Of a stretch of DNA of 64,000 nucleotides, positions 9,950-23,520 are shown one piece after another. A model generated the notes under the pieces. That model was not told the origin of the DNA. It did not search any database and saw only the letters and a list, made by a program, of their open reading frames with translations. Both the position numbers and the translations under genes were made by a program. The first letter of the stretch is position 1, and the number at the start of each line of letters is the position of its first letter. Source of the stretch: Octopus vulgaris (taxonomy: Eukaryota); the NCBI GenBank assembly GCA_951406725.2, contig OX597816.1:98518001-98582000 (forward strand), written 5' to 3'.

Positions 9950-12289
9950 TGAGTGACAATGAATAAACAAAATATTGTGAATAGCAGTGGTAATGAAACT
10001 GAAGCCAATGATGATGACAGTGGTGCACTCGGCAGGCTCAGAGATTCTGGTCCGGCTCCAGCCTGTCGAAATCCAGAAAGGGACCACCACACAAGGCGTA
10101 GATGGAGCAAGCAAATTAATGCTGTGGTCATGGGGTGTTATTACCTGAGCAGCCCGTTAGATGAAAATGGTGCTCGAATTAGGGGTTACCGACAACATAT
10201 GTACGATCATTGAAGAGAAAACGGATTATTTCAACTCACGGAACAGAAACTATGTGATCAAGCTGGAGCAATAAGAAAAAATCGTTGGTTCACAGAAGTA
10301 GAACTTGAAACTATCAAAAGACGTGTCTTGGAAAATAGCAGCAGAAATAACGAAGAAAATACAGGTTTTACTAATAAGAGAAATCTCATAGCACGGGAAA
10401 GGAGCAGTGGTAGTTTACTTGACGAGAGACATATAGATAATCTAATAGAAGACAATAAAACTAATGGCAATATGACAGATGAGCAAAAGGCAATCTACGA
10501 CAGAAAAAATGCAAGATTATAGCGATATTATTTACAACCTTTAAAATGTTGATCGATGGAAATTGAACCAAGAAACGAAACATGTCAATGGAATTCTGAA
10601 ATACATCAGAACAAACAACATCACAGAAACAAATAATTTCATCAAGGCAGCAAGTATTGTTCTAGCAGAAAACGTGGGTGTTGATATCAAGAAAAAGAAA
10701 CATAATGGGAGTGACAAAAAAAGAATCCATGGTCAAAAAGAAGAATCCAAGCAGGATTAGACATGTTCTCGAAGATAATCTCTATGTTAGACCGAAAAGT
10801 GGAGCTTAAAAGCGAACAAAAATACAGAGCACTGAAAAGAGGTATACTATTGATAGAAACTTGGCTGAAAGTAGTAGTTGTGGGACTGAAACAGAGCCTT
10901 GTTGTAAAGAAAGCAAAGATAGTCAGATACGACCAAAGAATGAAGGGTTACCACTAGAATAGGCTATTTATAGTAGATCAGAAGAGATTCTTTAAAGAAA
11001 TAAATGGAGAGTGTACAGATGAAAAGTTGATACCAGATAACAATGAAAGTCAAAGGTTTTGGAGTGACATCTGGAACAAACACAAAGAGCACAGAAATGA
11101 TGCTGAATGGAAAGCAAGGACTGAAACAAACAGTAGTCTATCCTAAACAGGCAGAACAAGTCATTTCAGTTCGGGAAGTGAAGAAAATCAGCAAGGAAAA
11201 TGAGCAACTGGAAGGCCCCGGTATCAAATGGAGTTCAAGGCTACAGTTCAAGTGACACAAACAAATTTTATGTACTAAGTAAATTAGGGGGAATAGGACT
11301 TCTTGGATGCGAACATAGCATTAGAGCAGAAGAAAACAACATAGCATGGTATGTAAAAGAATGCCACAGAACTGCTATTATTTGAAGATGGTCGGGCTTC
11401 TGTAGGATGAAAGATTGCCAAGATAGAGTACTGTACAAGAAACTGAAAACGAATGAAACTGAAAATAGGTAGAAAGGAATGCATTGTCAATTTCATAGGA
11501 TGTTGAAGACAGAGAAAAACATGGCTGTGCATGACTAAAAAGGATTTAAAACCGGAAACGGAGACTCTAAAGTCTGCTGCCCAAGAGCAAGTACTAAGAA
11601 CAAACTACATAAAATACAGAATAGACAACATATCAGAAATTGATAAGCACCGTTCCTGTAGACATAATGGTGAAATCGTATGGCATATTACAAGCCAATG
11701 TACGCAAATAGCCCAGAAGGAATATGAGACGCCACGACAATATAGCTTGTCGATTGGACACTTTGCAACAAGTACGGACTTGACAAAGCAAAAAATTGGT
11801 ACGGCCACAACCGCGAAGGCATCTTCGAAAATAGAAATGCAAACATCCTATGGGATTTTTTGATTGAGTGCGACCATGAGATAGAGAATAGGAAGCCAGA
11901 CATAGTCTTAATTGAGAAAGAAAACAAACTATACTGGATCATAGATATAGCATGCCCAGCTGACAACAATGTAAGCGATAAGGTAGAAAAAAAGTCGAGA
12001 GATATGACCGGTTTAGCTTGGGAAGTTATGCAGTTGTGGTCTACTAAAAAGGTGGCAGTAGTACGAATAATTGCCGGAGCCCTGAGAACAGTGAGCAAAA
12101 ATCTTGAGAAGTACGTGGAGCAAATTGGGGTTGCAATAATGGTGGAACACTTGCAGAAAACAACAGTGCTTCGAACAGCTCGAATACTCCAGAAGGTGCT
12201 TGAAAAATAAGAGGTGCCACCTTAGTTCACTGGTAGTGAACAGCTGACACCGTAGTATTTCTCCAGCGTTAGAAGCTGTGCAAAGCAAT

Positions 12290-12290
<1 letters not shown>
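9950..12290 (+). mobile_element. Decayed R4/Dong-like non-LTR retrotransposon (REL endonuclease) with the RT core deleted
   Basis: N-terminus RRWSKQINAVVMGCYY..QLTEQKLCDQAGAIRKNRWF; LKPETE..AAQEQVLRTNY; degenerate CCHC; RKPDIVLIEK..IIDIACP REL motif; ends in (TAA)n; many stops. Confidence 0.85.
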
Positions 12291-12580
<290 letters not shown>

Positions 12581-12720
12581 ACATCGAAAAATACCTTAGG
12601 AATGAGAACCCAGGTTCGGAATTTCCCCAAGATACCTGATGATAGCTGGAGGGTTTATCAGCCGAAACTTTGCGTTAATAACAAGATGAGGACAAATATC
12701 TGTCAAATGTAAATAATGTA
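12581..12720 (+). mobile_element. Second copy of the ~140-bp hammerhead module (degenerate)
   Basis: GATAC-CTGATGA-T-AGCTG..CAGCC-GAAA-CTTTGCGTT at 12631-12676. Confidence 0.7.
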
Positions 12721-15700
12721 AATTAGTTGTATCTGTTTATCACTAAAATGGATGTCGAAGTTGACATTTAAGTGAATTATTTATAGTAAAAATATTGCTT
12801 TATTTATATATAACTGAAGAGTACTTAGCTGTGACCTACGATTTTTACTAATAGACATGACTATTTTTATATACCTGATGTACATGATTCTTTGCTATGT
12901 GCTTGTGTGTGTGTGTATATATATATGTGTGTGTGTGCTACTGTGTGCGTGTGTGTGTTGTGCGTGCATGCGCGCGCGTGGTTGCGTGTCTATGTGTGTG
13001 TTGTGTGTGTGTGTTTTGTATGTGTTTGTTTGTTGCCAGCGTGCACAACACATGCAGGAATATATTTAAATGGGATAATTGTGGTTCACACATTAGTTAT
13101 AATTATATACTTAAGAAGAAGATACATATATATCGTTTCATTCAGTATATCATATAAACCGAATTATTTATTCGGTAATTTTTGTCTTATCGTATATAAG
13201 TTGTTACGCATATTTGTTGCTAAACACATACACATTTGGCAATAAGGTTAAATTCCCATGAACAATAGAATTAACATAATTCAATTAAGTTTCTAAATTT
13301 AGGGAAATATGCTATGTATAAATTTGGGGAACCAGCACTAAAATGCCAGGCAATTTAGAATTGTACATTGAGAGAATTATACAGAATCTGTGTTTGACAT
13401 TGCATGGTAATCTATTTTCATTTTTTATTAGCCGTGTCATAACTTGCTGCGTATTTTGTGCAGTATCTGCGTGCTATATTTTCTATGCAAAATATTTCCT
13501 GCACATCTCCCAGGCCCCATGCGTAAATACAACTTCAATCGATGCTTTCGGAGAGTAACTCCTTTGTTATTAACGTCTAACCAATTACCAATAGATTTCA
13601 ATAATATTATCCGTGCACACTTGATTTAATAATTCGCACCTGCCTCCTAGCTCTTTTCATTGTAAATCGTCACGAGAGTAGCAATGATTTCAGTATAGAC
13701 CATATTTTTTTAAGAATGTTTACTTGGGAAGGCAGTTTCTGTATATTTTTTTTCCGTTTTCTTTATAAATGTTTCTTTTTCTTATTTTCAGTTATTTGTA
13801 CAAATTGTTTCTGTTTGGTATTATTTCTAGAAAGCATTTGCAAACAATAGTTAAATTTGTGAGATACGACAGCCTGTTTAATCGATAATGTTGCTCCAGT
13901 GAACTTAGTATAGTAATGGGAATACATTATGCATTGTATTATATGTGACAACATGGAATAAAACATTTTTTTATGGAAATCTGAATGAAAATCCTTCCGT
14001 AATATGAAAGCAAAATTTATTTATGAGGAAAAAATATAGGCCAAATCAAAGTTTATATAATTACTAGATATTGACGAGAAAGTTCAAGGAGCAACTGCAT
14101 TCATTTATTTATAAAGTATGATTGAACGTCGATAAATACTTTTCGTTTAAGGTGCGGATAGTGAAGGCAATTGAATAAGTTTTAAATAAATACATTGTAC
14201 TGAGAACATTTTAGTATTCAAGGCCAGGGGATGCAGCAATCTCTAGGTGCTTAAAATGTTTTCTTCGGAGTCATGTATTCCCAAATTTGATCCTGTTGTA
14301 TGAATAATATCTACGGCAAATGATATCATATTTCCTATCCGAACTAAGCTTTGGTAATTTAAGGTAGTATGAAATACACTTCATTTGAAATTAGCAGTAT
14401 ATCGAACAATGGATCGATATACTGATTTCAAATTATTACATTTGTTATTTTTCGACGTGTACTTTAACCACTGTCTCCCATCTAATGTCGGTGTGAGATA
14501 AAATTTATGCTGAAATATGAACAAACTGTAAGAATATCTTCGGTTAAACAAAATTCATGACTGTCTGTCAATTAGTGGTTCGAATATTTTGAAGTCCATA
14601 ATACATTTAATTATATTATACTACAGGCAGTTACCTCTACAGATATCAAACTCATCTATCTTATTTTAATCACATTCCAATTCAGAGTAAGATCAATAAT
14701 TTCATACTCAGTACTGGTTTAAAATCAAATAAAACAGTGTAGCATATAATAGGTCCTTACTCCTACTGACCTCATAGAAATGGATGGCAAAATCAAGCGT
14801 TGTTTAGATTTGAACGTAAGACACTGTAATAAATTTAGTAGAGTGATCTTCCACACAAGGGATACTACATCAATTTGAAATACTCTACCTGAAAATGTAA
14901 TTCTGGAAACTGGAGAGGCACTTCCAGGTTGATTAATTCATATTGTAAGGTTGTGAGAAAGACGTGTGTCAGAGAAAGCATGATAAATCTTATTGCAATT
15001 TCGGGATTAAAATGATCGTGAAAAATTTTATTGGTTAATGTTAACAGCCGCAATAAAATTGATTGCCCTTATACAAATTCAAATAGTAACTGTAAAAGGT
15101 TAAATGCAATGCACTGTGCATATACACACATTGACATACGTATATATCAATGTGTGCGTTGATATGCATGTGTGCTTGTGTGAATGTGTGCTGTGATGTG
15201 TTATTCTAAAGTGTATTGATTTCTACCAACTAGGTACTAGTATCGGTATATATAAGCGAAATCAAAAAGTAAAAATCTATCGAAATATGTGCATACATAC
15301 AGACATGCACACGCAAACACATACCCACACCCGCATATGCAAACACGTACACTCACTCACAAACATACACATGAGGGCTGTAGAATAACACTGGACTTGT
15401 GTAGCTGGAAAGTTAGAATGGTATCTTAAATAAAATGCTTTGCGGTATTTAATTACTATCCTTTACATTTCTAACTTATAATCTTGTCTAAGTCGACTTT
15501 CATTGTTTTTCCCCCGGTGTCGACGCAAGATTGAGTTCGATTTAATTATATATTAACTTGCCAATAATGTAAAATCTAATGATTATTCTAGAAATTATTT
15601 TAGAATCTTTCTTCAAATTCTGTTGATTTTTCAATTTCAATTTCTATTACAAGTCGGCTAAATAAGTATAAATCACAAAAATGAATCCATTACAAATTAC

Positions 15701-16822
15701 AACCTAACTCATCTTAAATATGTGACCATTGTAGAATTTTGAAAACTATCAAGTGTCGATATACATTTTTTATCTTTGCAGAATCTTCTGTTCTTTGTAA
15801 TACTATAATAGCTCGGGTTTATCAGCGCATAAGTTAATCAGATGAAACAGCTTTATGTATTTATGAAATTTCACAAGGAACACCAGGAATATTTTTACAA
15901 ATCTCCGATTGAATATGCATAATTTTTTATAGAGAAAATCCTATAAATTAAACACGCTCACATCGTTGTTGGTGCTTCATTTTCTGTAAAAGATGGCTGA
16001 TCCCCCTTATGTTATAGAGCAGTTACTGTCTATATCTCGCTCAGAGATTCATTATTATTTAGAATTGTTTTTTAGATAAGATATAGTTATCAGAATCATG
16101 CAACATGTGTCAAACATGGATAGATTTCCAATGCAATGTACTTCAGATTGTGAAAAAACATTTGTTGTTCTCACATACCTTTCTAAAGCTAGGGCGATTG
16201 AATTACCTTATGTTGCTTTAACAATACAGCTACTTTATTTCAGAACATTATTGTGTTTAGGCTATAGATAAAAGTAGGTGAAAGAGAAAACGGAATTAAG
16301 AATGCGAAATAAATGGATAGAGGAATGCATACAATCTACATGGGGAGCTCATTTTCTAATTTCGGGACATCTGCTGATCTTTCCTGCGGTATATGTGTTC
16401 ACATCATTATCGTAATGTTACATTTAGTGTAACATGATGTTGCAAAGAGATACAAATTTTACTTGTGGTTGAGGGTATAAATTTAGTCTCCTTAAATACT
16501 GCGACTTGTGAATGTACACACAAATATATGAAAAAAGAAGTAATTTCTAAAAAAATAATTGGCATACGTTGATTCCGTTAACTGTAGTCATTTTAAGGTA
16601 ACAGTGCTACAATATACAATTAGAAGACTTCAATCGTGTACAGCAAAAGTTTGAAGTGTAAAATTGATGTAGGGCAAAACATATTTTGTATTAAGTTTTA
16701 AAATAATTGTATCTATATAAAATATGCCTAATTATAATCTATATTTATATTCATATATTAATAAGTGTATATGCTGATGTTTACAGATATACAAATTATA
16801 TATAATGCACACATATCAAAAC

Positions 16823-16871
<49 letters not shown>

Positions 16872-16881
16872 CATACATACA

Positions 16882-16919
<38 letters not shown>

Positions 16920-16929
16920 CATACATACA

Positions 16930-16979
<50 letters not shown>

Positions 16980-16996
16980 CATACATATACACACAT

Positions 16997-17028
<32 letters not shown>

Positions 17029-17827
17029 GTGTATGTATGTATATTTCTATTTCTATTTGAGCATATTGGTATGTTCACACTCATGCACACGCGTGAACAC
17101 ACACATACACACAAAGATACAAAAATAAATACAAAAATATATGCTGAAATTCAAATATTCTGTAACATACCGTTTGCACATAAACATCTACAGGAATAGC
17201 TGGTGACCTAGATATACATATAAATCATGTTAAAATCATATGTTAAATATAGATTGGTTATAGATCCAATAGCTATTTGTTATAATTAATAGGCAACGAA
17301 GAGGTCATCTGTCTCAGTTATGGCGCTGGCAATATTATCGCGATTTTTCATTTGATTGCACTGATCATATTATTCATTATAGACTAAATTGAAGGATGAA
17401 TCAGAAAATGAGATTCGTCACTGCACTTGCATGGAAGAAAGCGCAAAAATATTTGACTACATATAATCAATATGTAAATGTATGCATGCTGGTCCGGCGA
17501 TAGATATATTACTTTGATATAATGATACGCATATGTTTCGTGCTTATACGCGTTACATGTAAATACACACTAACATTCATGAACATAAAGGCACTGATTG
17601 AAACATGCACGCAAAGACACATGGACTCATACGCAAACGTGCATAAACATACACATGCACGCATTATATCATTGTCTGCTCTCCAATACATAGGTAGCTA
17701 ATAACATATGCTTTGGAATGGTAAATTGGCATCAGCAAATAACTATTGAATAATTTTCTGCACTATTGAGACATGCAATTACGTACATACATACGTACAT
17801 ACATGCATATATATATATGTACATATA

Positions 17828-17928
<101 letters not shown>

Positions 17929-17929
17929 G

Positions 17930-18250
17930 TAAAAGCACGTGGATCGGTAGTTAGAGCGTCGGGCTCACAATCACGTGGCAGTGTCTTCGATTCCCGAAGC
18001 AGGCTGTGTTTTGTGTTCGTTAGCAAAACACATTATTTCACGTTGCTCGAGTTCGCTTAGCTGTAGATGTGAGTTGCAACGTTACGGGTGCGAAATTGTA
18101 TCGGTTTTGCCTTTTTCTTGGATAACATCAGTGGTGCGGAGAGAAGCTGTTATGGTCTTCCATAAACAACCTTGCCTGGACTTGTGCCACGGGAACATAC
18201 TTGGTGCAATTCCATGATCATTTGTGACCGAAAGGCGGTTTTGCCCTTTA
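17930..18250 (+). mobile_element. tRNA-derived SINE (degenerate)
   Basis: A-box-like GTGGATCGGTAGTTAG and B-box-like TTCGATTCCC, followed by a TGTGTTC..AGCAAAACAC..TTTCACGTTGCTC core. Confidence 0.65.
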
Positions 18251-18776
18251 TATTTATCTTTAGACGCACACACACAATCCTATACACATGCGTGTGCAAG
18301 TATATATATCCATACGCGCGCGCACACACACACACACACACATACACACACACATATATACAGTATATGAGCTACTCATAATTTCGTACATTGAAAAACA
18401 TATCTAGGCAAATTTCAAAATACGCTAATTGATTTGGTGACACTAATTATGTATTAAAACTTGCCTAGATAGTTATAAAATGTGTACATTACACAAAATT
18501 TACTCACCTTATGGAGACAAAGAAAACCAAGGGTGGGTCATTCGGAGTTTTTTTTCCACAGTCGAGTTCCAGATTATCTTTGCAGTTTCGGCTGGTTATA
18601 CTCGTGATTGCTCCTATCTGGCCAGCCACAAGGAAAACTAAGTTAAGAACACAAGATTCATTGGAAGAAAGCAGTGAATGTATACGAAACAGGGACGGGA
18701 AAAAAAGGAGAAATGGTACACAAATACAAATGCAAATAAGAGGACGATAACAACAGGTGGCTTTCGACTAAGGAAT

Positions 18777-18818
<42 letters not shown>

Positions 18819-18827
<9 letters not shown>

Positions 18828-19453
18828 AATAGTAAAAAGTGAAAAAACTACAGAAGGCTTGTTTTAAAGGTTAAAAAAAATATATTTGAGTCATTATGTC
18901 TGAAGAATGTTATAAATTTTTTTCATACAATGACATAGTTTTTGAAGCAATGACCGGTTTCGCGTTCAGCTTTTCAAATTTCTTACATCGTTATGTTTAC
19001 GTTGAGAAGTGTGAATGAGAGAGTTCCAGATAAAGGGAGGTAATAAGTGATTTCTTCCGGTGTAAGGGAGATAATCGCCTAATATTTCTTGCCGTTTTTT
19101 TTGGGAGTGAGTTTCTCTGTATAAGAATGTTGGAATGGTTAAGTTTGGGCTTGTATTTTTCAATGAAGAATGTTTCCTTGTTTAGTCTAATTTGTGTTGG
19201 TGTTCCGATTGCACATTGGTAAAATGGAAAGATTAAAAATTGTGGTAGTAGTTGCTTTGCGCATTTCTCAATGTGCTCACTAAAGGGTATCATTCTGTAT
19301 TCTGGGAATGCAATCTGTTGTCGATGCAGTGTGCATCTACGTCTGAGTGATAGTCCCGTGGACCCCACGTAGTTTAAGCCTTCTGTAGTTTTTTCACTTT
19401 TTACTATTTTCTATATATTCAACCACGTGATTTCACACACCAACTTTCTCACC
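18819..19453 (-). mobile_element. 5'-truncated PLE of a second family (GIY-YIG end + 3' UTR) with an inverted copy of its tail
   Basis: YVGSTGLSLRRRCTLHRQQI..FSEHIEKC..KETFFIEKYKPKLN; perfect ~42-bp inverted repeat 18819-18860 / 19376-19417; (TA)n on both sides. Confidence 0.88.
18945..18984 (-). ncRNA. Minimal hammerhead ribozyme, U3-A8 core variant
   Basis: AAU-UUGAAAA-GC(UGAAC)GC-GAAA-CCGG-UC-AUU, with a GUC triplet and ACCGGU palindrome. Confidence 0.72.
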
Positions 19454-19544
<91 letters not shown>

Positions 19545-19589
19545 ATGTATGTATGTATATATATATATATGTATGTATGTATTTGTTAC

Positions 19590-19790
19590 TTCTGTCTTGT
19601 GTTTGTCTTCCACCATCACTTGACAACCGGTGTTGGTGCGTTTACGTCCCCGCCACCTAGCGGTTCGGCGTAAAATACCGATAAAATAAGTACTCAACTT
19701 ACAAAGAATAAGTCATGCGTTCGATTTATTCAACTGATGGTAGTGATCCAGCATGGCCGCAGTCAAATTACTTAAACAAGTAAAAGCATG
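19590..19790 (+). mobile_element. SINE 3' half (family ending CCAGCATGGCCGCAGTCAAAT..AAACAAGTAAAA)
   Basis: Homologous copies at 27250-27430 (+) and 41775-41975 (-). Confidence 0.7.
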
Positions 19791-19919
19791 ATGGGTATAT
19801 TGAGCTTCGAAGATTTGTACTCTAGTGTCAGTTTGATGGCGTGTACTTTTCTCTCACTCAATAATTCTAATAATAATAATAATATTATTAATAATAATAA
19901 TAATACATACATACATACA

Positions 19920-19950
<31 letters not shown>

Positions 19951-20569
19951 TTCCGTGTTTCAATTAATAACGTATTTGTTGAACGTATAAGGAATTTAAA
20001 AGGATACAAGAATTAAACAATTGCAAATGATAAAGAACCTCAAAGCTCGATCCAAGATATATTTATCACAAACACATAATGCTATAGCTATTCTCCAATA
20101 GGAAATTTACGAGAAAAAATCTGCCAGAAAGCTATAAGAATATGTAGAATAGAAAATAGCAAGTAACTCAAATACAAAATCACTACAAACAAAACTTACA
20201 AAAATTTGATAGCTGTCAAGTACGCCTCGAAATGGAAAACAATAGTGGAAGCCACCTGCACTTTTGAGAAAATGGGAGAAATAGTGACGGGCAATATTAT
20301 AGAAATCTGAGCTGAATATTTGTCATATTTGTCAGGTTAAGATGATTGGTAGAAAGCATTTCATTGTGGCGAAACCAGAAGTGGAGAAAGAAAAATTTCA
20401 ACACATGCTAAGCAGTCTTATATCAAATAGTTTTGAGTGAACACAAGATGTTACGTGAAACAACCAAAAGCCTATCAAAATCAATTCACGATCAATATAC
20501 TAAGAGGAGTAACAGAAAATATCATGTTTATATCTATACATGATATTATATATATATATATATATTGCG

Positions 20570-20656
<87 letters not shown>

Positions 20657-20659
<3 letters not shown>

Positions 20660-20889
20660 AAGAATAGAAAATGAAATAAGGAAGTTAATAATAGTTTATC
20701 AACAAATTGGTCATCTTCGCTTCTTACAGCCGTTTCAATTAATTCTAAATAATTTTATTACAAATATGTAAATTGAACTTGCAATTAAACTATTGAGTAT
20801 TAATTGAAACGATTGCAATAAGTGAAAATGACCAATTTCTTGATAATAAAAAAATATCAACTTCCTTATCGTCATTTTCTCTTCTTCTT
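20657..20889. repeat. Imperfect foldback repeat with ~90-bp arms
   Basis: AGAAGAATAGAAAATGA..AATTGGTCAT..CGTTTCAATTAAT is mirrored by ATTAATTGAAACG..ATGACCAATT..TCATTTTCTCTTCTTCT. Confidence 0.85.
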
Positions 20890-21052
20890 TCAAATGTATA
20901 TGTATTATATGCTTTATATCTACATATTGTTTTAAGGGAATTTCATTCCCCGATAATACTAGATATTGAATCAGTATTTGCTTGGATGCAACCATCCTTT
21001 CATGAGGTTAACATATCCTTTAATTCAAAAGTTTTATATATATGTGTGTATG

Positions 21053-21083
<31 letters not shown>

Positions 21084-21124
21084 ATGTGTGGATGAAATAA
21101 GATGTGACTCTCATAACCTGTGGG

Positions 21125-21225
21125 AGCGATTTTCGCTACCATAAGATGTAATCCCATGGATTATGGATATCCTGGAAGCGATGTTCTTTACCATGAGATG
21201 TAATCCAATGGATTATGGATATCAC
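21125..21225. repeat. 52-bp tandem duplication
   Basis: AGCGAT..TACCATRAGATGTAATCCMATGGATTATGGATATC occurs twice. Confidence 0.85.
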
Positions 21226-21836
21226 CTTGTAACTGCCGTTAAGGCCTATCCTTACTATCTGTATTATGTTATTTTTATTTTATTATTTTAGCTTACTTCC
21301 TCGCATGTTAGATTCCTAATATTTTAGTTTCTCTTATGAAGCTTTGTGGCTCACTCATTGTCTAACTTCGGTCCAATGTTTGTTCAACCTTTGTAAAATC
21401 CCTGTATATTACTGGCATGATGTGGAAAACTTGGCAGTTTAGGCAACTCCATAGTAGAAACACCTACAAGAGGTCAGTATTTTTTCACTCATTTATTCTT
21501 GTTCATGTATTTATATTTATTTATTTATGTATTTACTTGTCTATTTGCTTATTACATTTGTATATTTTGATTAGTTATGCATATAATTGTAATTAATCAA
21601 TAAATAGATACAAATGAATATCTACAGGCTGATGCTTGTCGATTTATTATCCTCTCAATTTTCCTATTTGCCTTACAAATTCTGGGTAAATATATGTTAT
21701 ACTCCCGCTCATACCTAATATTCAATTGCGATCCTGCGCCACAATAGTATGCTCTTGGATCTAAATACGTAGGTATAATCCAACAGTATATTGGATAATT
21801 ATTAACCCTTACATGGTTGCTTAACCTCTAGGTCAT

Positions 21837-21867
<31 letters not shown>

Positions 21868-22004
21868 TATATACATGCATATGGATATAATATATATGCA
21901 TATATGCAAATCAATGTATTATATATATGTGTGTGTGTGTGTGTGTGTAGATACACGTACATGCATACATACATAACACACACACACATATATATATTTA
22001 TATA

Positions 22005-22038
<34 letters not shown>

Positions 22039-22073
22039 TAGATATATACATATATGCATATCCCGTTATTATG

Positions 22074-22150
<77 letters not shown>

Positions 22151-22168
22151 GCGTACATACATATATGC

Positions 22169-22205
<37 letters not shown>

Positions 22206-23479
22206 AGTATACAGACATAGATATGTGTTTCTGAATATTTGAATAACGTATATATATTATATATGTCTATATCTCAGATGCTTATACACACATATGTGCA
22301 TGATAAAAACCACATATCTTACAAGTACGGAGCACTGTCAGCTTTCGTTTCCTGGAACTTATACCTGCCATATGAAGCACCACTTCTAACGCTGTGCCAT
22401 AAATAAATGTAAGGATGAGGTGTATAAAAAATAACCATTCAATAAAATTTGCTGTTATAAGATGACAGATATATTATGTATGATTGAGTCTAACACTGTC
22501 AGAGAAGTTCGTGTATCACTCAGAAAAAACGAAAACATAATCTTCAGGAAAATTATATATGTATTCAAAGACAGAGGGAGAGAGAGAGGGGGAGGTAGAA
22601 GGATAAAACGGGGAGGGAGAGAATATTCATAAAATTGCGTCTAACGTAATATAAACGGTAAATAAAAATAAGTTCTCCGATATTTTACTATTAAATCTCC
22701 AACTGGAGACTATAGCAAAATTTTTGTTGTCGCTGCCTAGTTATAAAGGTCCATAAGTGACACATCACTGAGCTCTAGATATATATTAGACTGAATGAAC
22801 TGGAATTTGTGGTATCGTTTTATTAAAAAAATAGCGATATAAATATCGCTATATTTCTAATTCATATACATTTGCAGAGTTGTTAGTGTAAATAAGGGAT
22901 TTCGAAGCTGCGCACAATGTCTCCCACAGGTTTTTGTAGAATAACTGTGCATATGGTGCGTATCTCATTTAGTAAAGATTTCCATAGAAAAGCCATCTAT
23001 GTCGTCTTAGGAAGTATTAAGGAATATCCCTAATAAAGGATATTGGTAGTTACCGGTTCCATCGCTGAAGAGACACTCCCTTTTATACCTAGACTTCAAT
23101 ACTATTTTTAACATTCTACAAGCAAAGATATTAAAATGACGAAAAACAAAAGAAGGGAAACAAAAAATGAAAAAATAATCATTCAATTTTAAATACAGAC
23201 TCAACTTCGCCAGAGAGAATTTTTGGAAATAAAGAAACGAAACTTTAAGCATAGGAATGTCATAAAAATGTAGGCATAAACAATTTACCTTCTGTTGTCC
23301 CTGTCACTGTTCCACTTCAAAGAAAACCAGTGTCATACTCTCACGTCCTCAATACAGCAGGATACGATATTCCTGTTACTTTGCAGACTTATTTTTAAAT
23401 AACATAAAAACTGCAGTCTTATTTTTGTTGCTTTTCAAGTAATTGACAGACTTTAAACCAACAAATTTACATTCGCGCC

Positions 23480-23520
<41 letters not shown>

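Noticed and set aside
21125-21225. CRISPR-like repeat
   Set aside because: Only two adjacent units, no unique spacers, and a eukaryotic context.
21408-21480. Possible hammerhead (TACT..CATGATG..GAAACACCTACAAGAGGTCAGTA)
   Set aside because: The core and stem II spacing do not fit; too degenerate to support.
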